Source: Candidatus Heimdallarchaeota archaeon (lineage in GTDB: Archaea > Asgardarchaeota > Heimdallarchaeia > JABLTI01). Taken from it: 64,000 bases of DNA. Each line of letters begins with the position of its first letter. The first letter of the stretch is position 1. The DNA is taken from contig JABCTZ010000036.1 of the NCBI GenBank assembly GCA_018238155.1, positions 320,001 to 384,000 on the forward strand, read 5' to 3'. Position numbers and translations under genes: made by a program. Positions 1 to 11,242 of this stretch are shown here, one piece after another. The notes beneath the pieces are model-generated. The model saw only the letters and a list, made by a program, of their open reading frames with translations. It was not told the origin of the DNA and did no database searches.

Positions 1-2588
1 GATTCAATTATTCGCACTCTTTCTTGATAAATGGTTAATCCTGTGAAGTAGCTAACAAAAAGTAAAGTAAATGATGCTATTATTGTGAAGAGGAGCAAAT
101 TGTTACTTGTGAATTGATCAATTTTAGAGTAATAGTTGTCGAATAATTCTTCATTATCTAAAGCCGTTAAATTATATGCATTCAATTTAATTTTTATTAA
201 CGGTAACATCGATTCATTTACAGGTTTAATCAACTTGATATTTTGAACATTAATATCAGTTGAAACACTCATCCAACCAACAACATCACGAATAGTTTCT
301 TTTTTGCCAACAATTGAGAAAACATCCATTCCTGATACAAATAATTGTTTTTTAGGTATTGGTGTTAATGGAAAATACGAAAAGGAATTGATAAATGTTA
401 AATTGTTTGCATAACGAGTAAATGTTTCTGTTGAGAAATATTCTCCATAATCTAAACGTTGCTTTCGAGCAAATTTTTTATTCATTAGGATAGAGGAATT
501 ATTTTCCAATTTGAGAATGTCTTCTGCGGTTATTTTTGTACCCTTAAGGACAGACATATCACCAACTTCAATAAATTCTGAAACGTTTTCTAAAGCAAGC
601 ATACTGATTGAAAATGATTTCGGGTAACGTAAGTCTAGATTGTCATTAGAAATAATATAGATAGCTGCTTCAGTATGTCTTTCAATTTCAGTTATGTTGT
701 TTAGAACTTCATCCAATTCATCTCCACCATCTGACCAATTTGGAATAACTAAATTTGCTCCTGCAGTGAGCATGCTTATTTCTCCATTTAAATGCGATGA
801 GATGGAATTATCCATTGCAGCTCCCGGTAAAATAACTAATCCGAAAATCAATGCTCCAAGCATTGCAACTTGATAATTCTTAATTCCAACTGAAAGGTGC
901 TTGAGCGATAATGTAAATAGATTGAGTCTTTTCTTCCATAAACTAGTACTAATAATATTCCAGAAGAAAGTGATTAATCTGGCAATTAACAAGAAGACAA
1001 AAGTCATTAGAAAAGCAATGCTACAAGTTATCATGAACCAGATATACGTTAGATAAGTGATATTTGTCAGATTTGCTTCTCCCTCAGGGGTAGTTTGTTG
1101 AATTCTGAAATAGATTAAATAGAGCACTAATGAAATAATTGAAAATACTAAAGCTATAACGAATAGCTTAAATTCATTTGTGGAGAAGACTGATCTTATT
1201 TTTGTTCGTCTCAAACGATACTCTTCTGAAGTAGTTCTAGTAGTTTTTTTAGCAATTGCATTTTGGATGAAGAAACTAAGGGAGAAGAACCCAACAAAGA
1301 ATATACTCAAACTAATTACTAGTAGAGGTTCTTGCAAGAAATTAGCATAAAAATTTCCAGGTATGTCTACTACATTACCGGTAGCTAAATAACTAACACC
1401 AAAACCCAGAAGAGACCCACATATCAAACTAATTGTGGAAAAGAGAAAATTCTCAAGAAGAACCATACCTCTAATAGTACGGTAACTAAGGCCATACAAT
1501 TTCATTCGACGGAAGATTGTTTCTAATTCACTCGAGCCAATATTCAATGTTATTACACTTAACAATCCAATAATAAATAACAATGGAGCATTAATTGTTA
1601 AAATATTAGTTGTTTTTATTGCCCATAATTCACCAAAATCAATAAAGGCTACTTTCAAATCAGGACACAATTCAATGAAATTTTGCAAGATTTGAGAGGA
1701 AGCAAGAGAATTTCCTTTTGGTAATCCATTAATAATTTCGTTTAAATCATTGAGCTTCAGTGCAGAGCAATCATAATTAATATCTACTAAATGAGTAATA
1801 ACACCTGAATAGAAGGGGATGTTATTTGCTAATTCTTGAAATAAAGTTGTATTCGTTATGAATGTGTTATATTTGAAGTAATTGTAAAAGTCAAAGATAC
1901 TATCAAATGACCAATCAAAAATGTCTGCGGAAAGACTGGCATTGAGAAAAACCTCTTCAACATTTGCTAGAATACCAACGACTGTTAAATTGACCGTGTT
2001 TGCATGGAAATCTGTAAGAGGATAGAATGGTATTGTTTGATTTATTGTATAATTATATGCAGGATCATGATTGTAAACTACTAGTTCAGAAGCATTTTGG
2101 GGGAGTCTTCCAGATATAACACTCTTATTTAATATTTGAAAAGCAACATTATCAAGAGCCATGATCTCATGATTAATCCAAGGCTCACCACCTGTAAAAG
2201 GATCATGAATATAGATTTCAGCACTAATAGCTGATGTAATATTATCAACTAAAATATTTGGTATATATTCTTCAACTTTTGATAGGAACTCTGCTGTTAC
2301 ATTTTCCATAAGAAAATCGGGGATTCGAAATTGACTGGATCTAATATAATTAGTTCCTACACTGATTTTTCCATCATCATTCCAGTTGTAATTATCATTA
2401 TATGTTTGGAATACATTAAATCTATAAGTATAGACTACCATTACTAAACTTGTGACTGCAAGAAAAATAAGCGTTCCACATATAATTGAAAGAACAATTC
2501 TCTTTTGCCCTGTTTTAAGGAACATTTTAAATAATTGCTTTCTAGAAAAATTGTTGCTAATTTTTATTGGTGCTTCATCCGTGGACAT
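1..2588 (-). CDS. FtsX-like ABC transporter permease, 3' end runs off the window
   Basis: Not in the ORF track. Manual minus-strand translation from ATG at 2588 gives MSTDEAPIK...RIVLSIICGTLIFLAVTSLVMVV; an internal segment IFRRMKLYGLSYRTIRGMVLLENFLFSTISLICGSLLGFG resembles the FtsX motif; many TM stretches. Confidence 0.75.
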   Translation of the reverse strand, partial: MSTDEAPIKISNNFSRKQLFKMFLKTGQKRIVLSIICGTLIFLAVTSLVMVVYTYRFNVFQTYNDNYNWNDDGKISVGTNYIRSSQFRIPDFLMENVTAEFLSKVEEYIPNILVDNITSAISAEIYIHDPFTGGEPWINHEIMALDNVAFQILNKSVISGRLPQNASELVVYNHDPAYNYTINQTIPFYPLTDFHANTVNLTVVGILANVEEVFLNASLSADIFDWSFDSIFDFYNYFKYNTFITNTTLFQELANNIPFYSGVITHLVDINYDCSALKLNDLNEIINGLPKGNSLASSQILQNFIELCPDLKVAFIDFGELWAIKTTNILTINAPLLFIIGLLSVITLNIGSSELETIFRRMKLYGLSYRTIRGMVLLENFLFSTISLICGSLLGFGVSYLATGNVVDIPGNFYANFLQEPLLVISLSIFFVGFFSLSFFIQNAIAKKTTRTTSEEYRLRRTKIRSVFSTNEFKLFVIALVFSIISLVLYLIYFRIQQTTPEGEANLTNITYLTYIWFMITCSIAFLMTFVFLLIARLITFFWNIISTSLWKKRLNLFTLSLKHLSVGIKNYQVAMLGALIFGLVILPGAAMDNSISSHLNGEISMLTAGANLVIPNWSDGGDELDEVLNNITEIERHTEAAIYIISNDNLDLRYPKSFSISMLALENVSEFIEVGDMSVLKGTKITAEDILKLENNSSILMNKKFARKQRLDYGEYFSTETFTRYANNLTFINSFSYFPLTPIPKKQLFVSGMDVFSIVGKKETIRDVVGWMSVSTDINVQNIKLIKPVNESMLPLIKIKLNAYNLTALDNEELFDNYYSKIDQFTSNNLLLFTIIASFTLLFVSYFTGLTIYQERVRIIE

Positions 2589-2798
2589 ATTATTCCTTCC
2601 AGAAATACCTACAAACTATTTTTTAAATCATCTTTTGGGTTTATAAGCATTCATCAAGCTCTATTATCTTGAGAACACGTTCTCAAGCAGATAGGATTAT
2701 CATTCTTATTTTTCAATTATTAATAGAAAATAAATCAATTCAAGAAAAAAGGAGTAAAACTAAATAGAAAAATAAAAAAAGAAAGGAACAAGTCCTTT

Positions 2799-4898
2799 CT
2801 AAGTGTTTTTTACTTGTCTGTTTTTCTTGTAAAGTGCAAAAGCACCTATTGCAATTAAACCAAATGTACTAACAAAAATGGTAAATCCATTGATAAAACC
2901 TGGTGGTTCAGTACTCAATGAAAGTTTAAATGAACCCTGTCCATCGAAAGAATAGATATAAATGATATAGGTAACGGACTCAGATATAGTCAAAGTAATT
3001 GAATCTGAATCACCAACTTCTTCTGAACAATCAATTTCAATAAATGTTTCAGTCATTACATGCAAGTCAAAATCGACATAGTCACTATCATAGGTTAATT
3101 GTAAATAATATTCACCCGGAGTATCGAAAGTATATTGATAATAATGATTATATGTTTGTATAAAGTGATCATTCTCATCTCCTAATTGAGTTCCACTACT
3201 ACCTGTTACACTTTCCTCCATCGTTAAGGTGGTAAGAGTAATTTCATTAATTGTTAAATCGTAAGAGGATGCAACAAACCCCTTCACCTTAATAACATAG
3301 GTTCCCGGTTGGAAGTGTAATTGAATAGTTTCTGTGTGACCATCTTCAGGGTTGTATAGTTGACTAAAACCAAATAAAGTTAAATCAAACCCACCATAGA
3401 GTGTCAGATCTGCATCACCATTGGCTATAGTTGCAGAAATTTCGTAAATTCCATAGGTAGGGATGAAAAATTGATAGTAGTGATCTTCATCTTCTGCAAT
3501 AGATTGCATTTCAGTAGTAGTACCGAGTTCTAGAACATCATATGGTAAAACTCGTTCTCCAAAACCAGCTGTATAGAACTCATCTAGAAATTCATCCCAG
3601 AGAGTGTCACTTTGCCAATCTAACAAAGCATAGCTGTCTGTAACATCAAGATAATCTTGAATATATGGTTCATAAACAGGTGTATTCACAGACATGAAAA
3701 TTGTTATTCCATTAGCATTTGAAGAATAGCAGCTATGTTGATAGTTATCCACTATTAAATCTGCAAGAGCATATAGAAGATTGGTTGCACTAGTATCTAA
3801 AAGAGGATATGTTGTCATCAATGTAGAATTTGCTTGAATGTTTTCTATAAAATGGACTAAGTCAACAATAAAATAATTATAAAAGAATTGGTTTTCTATG
3901 AAAGCGGCATTTATTCCTCCTCCATACCCATCAGTTAAGACTGTAGAAAGATTACCGGCAAAATTATTTATTTCTTGTACTACAAGATCCATAATACTGA
4001 GATTAATCGTTGAGAGTGAAGTGTACTTGACAGGTGGGCTGCTGTAATAATTTTCATAACTGTCTACAATAAGGGTTGATAAAGTAATTGCATTCATAGT
4101 AGGTGTAGTATCAAGTGAAGAAATAATTGGTGCATAATCAAAACCTGCAAATGGTATAGAATCTTCAGAAGCAATAAAGTAATCAGCTTGATCTTTAAAT
4201 TCATAAGCAACTTCGATCATATTCATAAAACAAGCATCATGTGAAATGATATCAAAGGTTCTGCTGTGCTCATCAATATTAGTTTGAATTGCTACTTGCA
4301 TTTCGTCCATGGTAAGTCTATCAGCTGAAGCACTTTCATCCCAACAAATACCATCAATACCTCCACCATGATCCCAGATATTTAACCAGTACCTACTAGA
4401 ATTGTAATTTGTGAAACAATAGTCTATAAAATACTCTAATGTTTCCCCATTAGCCATGTTAAGCTCTCCTTCATCACTAAGTAAGGTGGAAGCTATTGTT
4501 GAGGTGCTATCTGAAACAATTTCGTAAATTCGGGTTCCTGTCCAATCACCATTTGATATATCATAACCATCAGCTCTATCTATTAGAACAATAACTTTGA
4601 TGTCGGTACTTGAACCGAGTCCAAGCTCCAATTCATTAAAGTCCTCAATTGCTACTTCTTCCAGATCATTATCTCCATCTAGATAAACCAGTACAACCCA
4701 TTCATAATCATAAGAAGTGGTACTTACACTTTGCTGTGAAGGTAAGCTTTCTTGTGAAGTGATTTGGTCATTTTGCACTCGTCCCTGATTTAGTAATAAA
4801 TTTGATGAACTAAACAACAATAATAAAATAAATGGCAGAATAAGTAATATATCCATTTTATGAATCTTTTTGACTTTTTTAATAAAAGAATTTAACAA
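2799..4898 (-). CDS. Clostripain-family (C11) cysteine peptidase with PPC-like domains and C-terminal membrane anchor
   Basis: WVVLVYLDGDNDLE, WDHGGG (His) and HDACFM (Cys) motifs; ASED; N-terminal hydrophobic signal; C-terminal TM plus basic tail. Confidence 0.88.
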   Translation of the reverse strand: MLNSFIKKVKKIHKMDILLILPFILLLLFSSSNLLLNQGRVQNDQITSQESLPSQQSVSTTSYDYEWVVLVYLDGDNDLEEVAIEDFNELELGLGSSTDIKVIVLIDRADGYDISNGDWTGTRIYEIVSDSTSTIASTLLSDEGELNMANGETLEYFIDYCFTNYNSSRYWLNIWDHGGGIDGICWDESASADRLTMDEMQVAIQTNIDEHSRTFDIISHDACFMNMIEVAYEFKDQADYFIASEDSIPFAGFDYAPIISSLDTTPTMNAITLSTLIVDSYENYYSSPPVKYTSLSTINLSIMDLVVQEINNFAGNLSTVLTDGYGGGINAAFIENQFFYNYFIVDLVHFIENIQANSTLMTTYPLLDTSATNLLYALADLIVDNYQHSCYSSNANGITIFMSVNTPVYEPYIQDYLDVTDSYALLDWQSDTLWDEFLDEFYTAGFGERVLPYDVLELGTTTEMQSIAEDEDHYYQFFIPTYGIYEISATIANGDADLTLYGGFDLTLFGFSQLYNPEDGHTETIQLHFQPGTYVIKVKGFVASSYDLTINEITLTTLTMEESVTGSSGTQLGDENDHFIQTYNHYYQYTFDTPGEYYLQLTYDSDYVDFDLHVMTETFIEIDCSEEVGDSDSITLTISESVTYIIYIYSFDGQGSFKLSLSTEPPGFINGFTIFVSTFGLIAIGAFALYKKNRQVKNT

Positions 4899-5066
4899 AT
4901 TTGTATCTCCTAAATATTAACTTTAAACCTAAAAATTAATTAGAAATCATCTCTATTAAACATATACATCTTAGCATTACTTTTTGATCTCAAATGATTT
5001 TCATAGTAAGAATTATTGATTCAAAAAATCTTTTTTTAGAAAGAGAAAAAAGAAAAAATAATGTTA

Positions 5067-5102
5067 TTGTTGTAGATTTGTTATTATTCCCCTCTACAAC
5101 AA
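5067..5102 (-). terminator. Putative terminator hairpin downstream of the small secreted peptide gene
   Basis: TTGTTGTAGA (5067-5076) and TCTACAACAA (5093-5102) form an inverted repeat, followed on the minus strand by T-rich tracts. Confidence 0.45.
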
Positions 5103-5143
5103 ATATAACGATTAATTAGTAATTTTGATTTAACAACTAGAAA

Positions 5144-5377
5144 TTAATTTTGTGAAAACCATACCGACTCTTGAATCAATATTGAATTAGTTCCTGGTGG
5201 TTTTGGGTCTACTTCTGGCTCTGGATTTAATCCTGGTCCAGGACTATTGCCACGATCATCTCCTCCACTTTCCGCAGGTGGGTCACTTGTTACCGGAGAA
5301 ATTAATTGACTGCTTGTGATGGCAATGAATCCCATTATTAATACAAGGCTTAATGCTATTTTTGCTTTGTTTTTCAT
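5144..5377 (-). CDS. Small secreted Pro/Gly/acidic peptide (~77 aa)
   Basis: Likely start MKNKAKIALSLVLIMGFIA (signal-peptide-like) followed by DPPAESGGDDRGNSPGPGLNPEPEVDPKPPG. Confidence 0.55.
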   Translation of the reverse strand: MKNKAKIALSLVLIMGFIAITSSQLISPVTSDPPAESGGDDRGNSPGPGLNPEPEVDPKPPGTNSILIQESVWFSQN

Positions 5378-5523
5378 TTTAATCAACTTTTGTTTAGTTT
5401 TTTTTAACAATAGTTTAATATAGTTTGAGTTATTTGTCAAAGACAAATAATATTTATATCAATAATATTAATAATCTAATATAAAAGTTATTCCTTATGA
5501 CTTAAACTTGAGGGTTCAATTGA

Positions 5524-6978
5524 GTGAGTACAAAAAACAAAAAAACGATAAAGATATCTCATCTAATGATAAAAGCTCCAGAGAGATATCAAGAGAAAGA
5601 TTACTCTAAACTCACTTTAAAACAATTTGAAAAATTAATGCCTAAAGAAGTACCACGAATAATAAAAGAAGATATAGCGTTATATTTCAATTACTTAAAT
5701 AATAATAGAAGCAAAAAAAGCTTGAAGCAATGGGAAACAGCTTCAGGATGTAAAGAGTCACCAAGTAGTTACAAAGCAGAGAACTATCGACCAATTTTTT
5801 CATTTCTGGACTATGATCGAATCACTGAGGGTCTCTTCTTACCTTTATTATTGAATAAAATAGATATTGCTACAGGAAACCATGGGGAAGATATGACTAT
5901 AGATGAATTTAATCAATTATGTCGCTCAACCCTTATTGGTTTTAAACCAAAAATCGATTCTTTCGATTTGAAAATATTACAAGCACTGTCAAAAGATCCA
6001 TCTATGGTCACTCAAACATTGACTAATGAAATCGGTCATTCATATGCAGCTGTTTATCATCATTTACAAAGCTTGAAAGGAAAAATGGGTTTAAGAATAA
6101 CTACTCGAGTGAATTGGGCAAAACTGGGTGTCCAGAGAATATTTCTTATTTCTGACGAAGAAAAGAGCTTGCAGACATTTAAAGAATTTAAACCATTTTT
6201 AGATGGTAAATCATCATTCCTCTGGGGAGGAACATATTATCTACATTATTATCTTTTGCGAAGTGAAATCAGAGATACATTCATAAAAAAATACCTAGGC
6301 TTATCGGAAAATCAAAAACAAAAAATGAAGCTATACGAACTATCTGCTGCACCAATATCCGGTTATAATTTTGATCTGTATAATTTAGATGAACAGAAGT
6401 GGGACTTTGATTTTGCTTCAACATTTCTAAAATCAAAAGTAAAAAAAATCGTCAAGGAAGATATTCGCGAACTTTTCTTAGATACATTCCCACCAGATAC
6501 TCTTTATGAATTGAATGAGTTAGAACAAAAAATAGTTAGTGAATTAGTAGCTAGTTATGCACTTGCACAAAAGGAAATTGCTAGTTCATTAGGAATTCAT
6601 CCTCCAAATTTATCAATAATTAAAAGCAAATTACAGAAAGATGCAATAGTTAAACCACAACTAATGGTGACAACATTTTTACCTCTTTATTGTATTTTAT
6701 GGTGTAGCTCTCATGAACAAAAAATTATTGATACACTGATTTCCTTGATGGATAAAATCCCTTATGCAAATATTTCTCCTGTTAATTCTCCTAAAGATAA
6801 GAAAACAAAACAACTAATTTGTATTCTACTTTTAGATGATGTTCTATACTACAGCCTTGTAACTTTCTTGATGAATTTGGTGAAAGAAAATCGATTGGAA
6901 GATTTTCGAATGGGGTTAATTACTGATGCTTATTTTAGCATGTCAAAGATAAGTGATGTATTAAATAAAGAAATTTAA
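5524..6978 (+). CDS. Transcriptional regulator with two Lrp/AsnC-like winged-HTH modules
   Basis: IDSFDLKILQALSKDP...EIGHSYAAVYHHLQSL and LNELEQKIVSEL...QKEIASSLGIHPPNLS. Confidence 0.7.
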   Translation: MSTKNKKTIKISHLMIKAPERYQEKDYSKLTLKQFEKLMPKEVPRIIKEDIALYFNYLNNNRSKKSLKQWETASGCKESPSSYKAENYRPIFSFLDYDRITEGLFLPLLLNKIDIATGNHGEDMTIDEFNQLCRSTLIGFKPKIDSFDLKILQALSKDPSMVTQTLTNEIGHSYAAVYHHLQSLKGKMGLRITTRVNWAKLGVQRIFLISDEEKSLQTFKEFKPFLDGKSSFLWGGTYYLHYYLLRSEIRDTFIKKYLGLSENQKQKMKLYELSAAPISGYNFDLYNLDEQKWDFDFASTFLKSKVKKIVKEDIRELFLDTFPPDTLYELNELEQKIVSELVASYALAQKEIASSLGIHPPNLSIIKSKLQKDAIVKPQLMVTTFLPLYCILWCSSHEQKIIDTLISLMDKIPYANISPVNSPKDKKTKQLICILLLDDVLYYSLVTFLMNLVKENRLEDFRMGLITDAYFSMSKISDVLNKEI

Positions 6979-7025
6979 AGGAATTAACTCATTCAATTTG
7001 GCATTTATTGAATGAAGAACTGTTT

Positions 7026-7865
7026 TTATTTCATTGAATCAAATTCATCAATATTTAATGTTTCAAGCTTTGTGTTCAGTTTTGCTAAATGATTAACAGC
7101 ATCATTGTAGTTATTCATACTATGCTGTAATTGAATCATACCTGTTCTCATTTGTTCAATAACTTCTCTTAAACCATGATTAACTTTCATTTGAAAGTCA
7201 CCAAATCTACAGGCAGCGCTATTTAATTTGATAAATCGATGTTGCATATTTATCATGAAAATAGTACTAAGCAAACCACTTGTATTTGTTGGAACAACAC
7301 CCATCTTTGCAAGCACCTGATATGTTGTTCCAGAAAGCACTCCATAAACAAAATCTGGGATGTACATTAAAACAAAATCAGTAGTTTCATGCGAATCAGT
7401 ATATTTGACAATTTCTTTTGCTCTCCTGATTACTTTTTTGTTCAATCCATCTATGGCTAATTTATCTAGTTGGAGTCCTTCATTTTCTTCGAAACCACTT
7501 GGTAAGATAAATTTACTGTCTATAGGAATTAACAAATCACTATTTGGTAATCTAACAACAAAATCAATTCTTCCTGAAATATCAGGTGGTTGGTATTGGG
7601 TTTTAACGGAATCATTTGGTAAATTTGAGAGTAATATCTCAACAATATTCTCTCCAAAACCACCTTTTGCTGTTGGTTTCATTTTAAGCAGATCAAAGAA
7701 TTTCTGCATCTCTCGAGTTGTTTGGTCTACTGCAAATTGCATTTGCTTTGAATACGTATTTGCTTCTCCCTTCTTTTTACTTTGAATGAATATTTGGTAA
7801 AAAACACTCACTAACCCTAACAAACAAGCTATCGAGATTAAAATGTACAACAATACATCTGCCAT
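7026..7865 (-). CDS. rmuC: RmuC-family protein (N-terminal TM, PD-(D/E)xK-like core)
   Basis: KGGFGE, RIDFVVRLP, IPIDSKF and TTDFVLMYIP motifs; coiled-coil C-terminus. Confidence 0.8.
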   Translation of the reverse strand: MADVLLYILISIACLLGLVSVFYQIFIQSKKKGEANTYSKQMQFAVDQTTREMQKFFDLLKMKPTAKGGFGENIVEILLSNLPNDSVKTQYQPPDISGRIDFVVRLPNSDLLIPIDSKFILPSGFEENEGLQLDKLAIDGLNKKVIRRAKEIVKYTDSHETTDFVLMYIPDFVYGVLSGTTYQVLAKMGVVPTNTSGLLSTIFMINMQHRFIKLNSAACRFGDFQMKVNHGLREVIEQMRTGMIQLQHSMNNYNDAVNHLAKLNTKLETLNIDEFDSMK

Positions 7866-8094
7866 CAGTCCTTCACACCTAATAGTTGCCTTGATAATTG
7901 GGCAATCAATCTTCTTATATTATAACAAGATGGTTTTTTATTTTTAAGGAAGCGTAATATAAACTACTTTTTTATTTTCGTCGAGAAATTTTCGTTTACT
8001 CATTCTGGTATTTTTTTCAAATGCTTTATATACTCTCTCGAATAATCTGTATCTGCGAATTCCATTATAAAATTAGAAATGGACTGGGTGTAAA

Positions 8095-9450
8095 ATGAAA
8101 TCAAAAATACTTACTTTGATATTAGTGGTATGTATTACCACACCAGGGTTCTTTGTTTTAGGAACTGAAGTTAGTAGTTTGCCTATTTTTGCAAATGAAA
8201 CTGAGTTCTTTGATATACAAGATGAACCTTATTTAGTAACGAGTGGAGACAGTCTAAGTACTGAAAAAACTGATTTACCATCAGTCATTCCTTATTGGCA
8301 TGATTTGGTTGATAAAGAAGAAGTACCAATGACTGGGAATGGAGTATATGTAGCAGTTTTAGATACTGGTCTGCTCCCAGACTATGAATTCATTTTTTCT
8401 GAAGCAGATATTGCAACTGAGCTTGGAATTGGTTTTTCCCATGATATCTATTGGGATGATACTATCGGCAATATAGTTATGAGTGATGTTGTTTCTGATC
8501 GTGGATTTTTAACTAACTACGCAAGTGGACATGGTACTCATGTTACAAGTACAATTGTAGGGTATAATTATGCAAATATTGCATGGATAGAAGGCATTGC
8601 TCCTGATGTAACTATTATCCCTGTTCTAGTATTGGATGCTTGGTTGATTGATACACCATTTGGACCTGTTGGTTTTAGTGGTGGAACAATGGAAATGATT
8701 GCTTCTGGAATATACTATATAGCTAATTTAGCTGAAAATTTGGATGGACCTGTTATTATAAATATGAGCCTCGGAGGACCAGGATATATGCCTCTTGTTG
8801 AAGCAGCAATTGATTATGCAATCAGTAAAGGTGTTATTATAGTTGCTTCTGCTGGAAATGAAGGCGAAGCAGGTATGGGTTATCCTGGTGCTTATAGTCA
8901 AGTGATTTCTGTTGCATCGTGTGGTTGGACAGATATGTTTAATCAAGGATGGACTGCTGATGTTCCTGAAAAACTCAATACAAATGATAGTTTAGGAAAT
9001 GACTATCAAGTATACCTTGCAGAATACAGTAGTAGACCAAACAGAACATTGGGACAAAAATATCGTGATCTTGATGTTATGGCTCCTGGTGATTGGATCG
9101 TTGGTCCATATAAATCTGCATGGGCTCCAGTTGAAGATTGGGGATACTATTATCTCTCTGGAACAAGTATGGCTTCTCCACATGTTTCTGCAATGGCTGC
9201 AATAATTATGCAAGTGTTTCCAATGTATGAGCAAAGAGATGTTGAATTTGTTCTAAAATTAGCTGCCAGTGGTGTAGGTAGAAATAGACGTAGAGGCTTC
9301 CCACGAACAGGTGAAGATGTTAAAGTTGCCTATTTTGGTGGTTTTTACTATACTGTTTCATGGGGAAGACATGATTATGGTCGTGGTTTCTTACAAGCAG
9401 ATTCAGCATTGTTTGTAGCTATGCTTTATTACTTCTTCATCTATTGCTAG
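8095..9450 (+). CDS. Secreted subtilisin-like S8 serine peptidase
   Basis: Catalytic triad motifs VAVLDTG, HGTHV, GTSMASPHV; ASAGNEG; signal peptide. Confidence 0.93.
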   Translation: MKSKILTLILVVCITTPGFFVLGTEVSSLPIFANETEFFDIQDEPYLVTSGDSLSTEKTDLPSVIPYWHDLVDKEEVPMTGNGVYVAVLDTGLLPDYEFIFSEADIATELGIGFSHDIYWDDTIGNIVMSDVVSDRGFLTNYASGHGTHVTSTIVGYNYANIAWIEGIAPDVTIIPVLVLDAWLIDTPFGPVGFSGGTMEMIASGIYYIANLAENLDGPVIINMSLGGPGYMPLVEAAIDYAISKGVIIVASAGNEGEAGMGYPGAYSQVISVASCGWTDMFNQGWTADVPEKLNTNDSLGNDYQVYLAEYSSRPNRTLGQKYRDLDVMAPGDWIVGPYKSAWAPVEDWGYYYLSGTSMASPHVSAMAAIIMQVFPMYEQRDVEFVLKLAASGVGRNRRRGFPRTGEDVKVAYFGGFYYTVSWGRHDYGRGFLQADSALFVAMLYYFFIYC

Positions 9451-9557
9451 ATTAAAAATCAGCTATAAGCTTCATTGCTAGCATAGAAAAAGAGAACTAG
9501 AAGTGAAGCATGTCTTCTTTTTTTTCGTTTAAAAGAGAAATTGAAACTCAACAATAT

Positions 9558-9974
9558 CTATTCTTTTGAAGTAAAATTGTCTTCGATATAAATGATATTT
9601 AGTGTTTTAGCATCTTCTTGTCGTTTGTTTCTCCCTGTTATTCCTATTATCGCAGTATTTCCAATTGGATTTTCGCCTGCTTCATCAGATAACTCTGTAA
9701 GATTAACAATATTAGCTATATCAGGGTGAGTGTAAGTAACCAACCACAATTGTTCATCATCAATATCCGCTACAGAAAAATCACCTAAATCTGTTCCTGG
9801 TACAACTGGACCCCATTTTTTAAGAATTTCTTTTGCTTGAGTTTTAATATCCACATTTGCTTCTTTAACAATAACGCAAGTTCCATGCTCAAAAATCACC
9901 CAGCTTGGTGGGTTATCTTTAATTTGTACTCGCCAAATTTTGACTAAATTTTCTAACTCTTCTTTCTTAGTCAT
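9558..9974 (-). CDS. Hypothetical protein (~138 aa)
   Basis: Likely start MTKKEEL at 9974 avoids overlap with the upstream gene; globular composition. Confidence 0.6.
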   Translation of the reverse strand: MTKKEELENLVKIWRVQIKDNPPSWVIFEHGTCVIVKEANVDIKTQAKEILKKWGPVVPGTDLGDFSVADIDDEQLWLVTYTHPDIANIVNLTELSDEAGENPIGNTAIIGITGRNKRQEDAKTLNIIYIEDNFTSKE

Positions 9975-10044
9975 TACAAATCTCTCGAATGTATTTCTAA
10001 ATTGAATTGTTATACTTACATGTCCATAAATGTTCATTAAACTG

Positions 10045-10467
10045 CTATTCTGATGGGATATAGACTTCATGAACATGAACCCATTCAACACCATTGATCA
10101 TTTTTTCATTTTTACGAAAGAGTGCCGAACTTAAACGAGCGGTAATTTTTCCATTAACTTCACCCCATTCTTCATAAGTAACTAAACATAGATTCCCTTC
10201 AGTTAATCGGCATTGAATGTTTTTAATCCACAAACGATATTTCTTTTCATCATCTTTTCGAGAACCATATCCGGCTTCAAGTTGTTGTAGTAATTTCCCT
10301 CGAGGTGATAATTCCCCTGTTGGAGCAATGAGTACAAATTGTTTGTCTAAAACATTCTCTAGTCGCGAAAAAACTTCACCATTGTTTTCGATTTCTGATC
10401 TAAACCACTGAGCAAAAAACTCATGCAGATCAATTACTTCTTTTTCACATTTTTTTTCCATTGTCAT
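10045..10467 (-). CDS. NTF2/SnoaL-like (DUF4440-type) protein
   Basis: EVIDLHEFFAQWF...FVLIAPTG...LVTYEEW...RLSSALF...WVHVHE pattern. Confidence 0.7.
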   Translation of the reverse strand: MTMEKKCEKEVIDLHEFFAQWFRSEIENNGEVFSRLENVLDKQFVLIAPTGELSPRGKLLQQLEAGYGSRKDDEKKYRLWIKNIQCRLTEGNLCLVTYEEWGEVNGKITARLSSALFRKNEKMINGVEWVHVHEVYIPSE

Positions 10468-10660
10468 TTATCTCCTATTGTATTCTCTAAAGAAAAAATA
10501 ATTCGTAACTCTTAAGTAATTATTGTTATCAATATTTATGTTTAGTTTCTATTTCAATTTTGAGTCTATTTGTTTGAACATGAATAATATTGCAATTTGA
10601 TATTTGGCTTTTACTATAAAATGAATTTTTTTATTTTTTTTAAATTAATATTATAATCAT

Positions 10661-11026
10661 CTAATCAACAAATGTGATATTTCTTTCTAGAAATTGCAAC
10701 AATCTTGAAGCTAACTCGTTTTTTTCTATTTTGGATATATTTTGAACTGATAATGCAAGACCGATATCTTCGATTGGAAATTTAATTCTTCCTAAATCAT
10801 ACAGTATCCAAAGAATAGTAATGTGATTTTGTAGCTCATTCATTTCAAAAGACCCTTCAGTAAGCATCTTTTTCAGTTTATCAATTGCTTCTTCAGGACA
10901 ACAATTTACGCGCTCAAGACAATCCTCTATAGATAAGCATGTACCTGACCGAGTGTTGGCTTTATTGACTAGTCCTTTAAATTCTTCTAAATCTATTTCA
11001 TTAGTTTTAACGTTCATATCAATCAC
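10661..11026 (-). CDS. Hypothetical protein
   Basis: 121-aa stand-alone ORF with normal composition. Confidence 0.5.
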   Translation of the reverse strand: MIDMNVKTNEIDLEEFKGLVNKANTRSGTCLSIEDCLERVNCCPEEAIDKLKKMLTEGSFEMNELQNHITILWILYDLGRIKFPIEDIGLALSVQNISKIEKNELASRLLQFLERNITFVD

Positions 11027-11242
11027 GAAAATGGATGAAATTTGATTTAATAGCTAAAATTATTCATGTTGTGGGAATTTAAAAGGTAATTGATAAAGGA
11101 AAATATTGATAAAAAATAATCCTGAAATTATGAAGATTGCCAAAAAAATTTGCCAAATCTATGTATTTTAATGTATTATTATGTAAAGTATAAATAGGGG
11201 GACTGAAATAAAACATCTAAGAATGAGAAATGGTGTACTTAA

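Noticed and set aside
2452-2646. 64-aa plus-strand ORF
   Set aside because: It is antisense to the 5' end of the FtsX-like permease.
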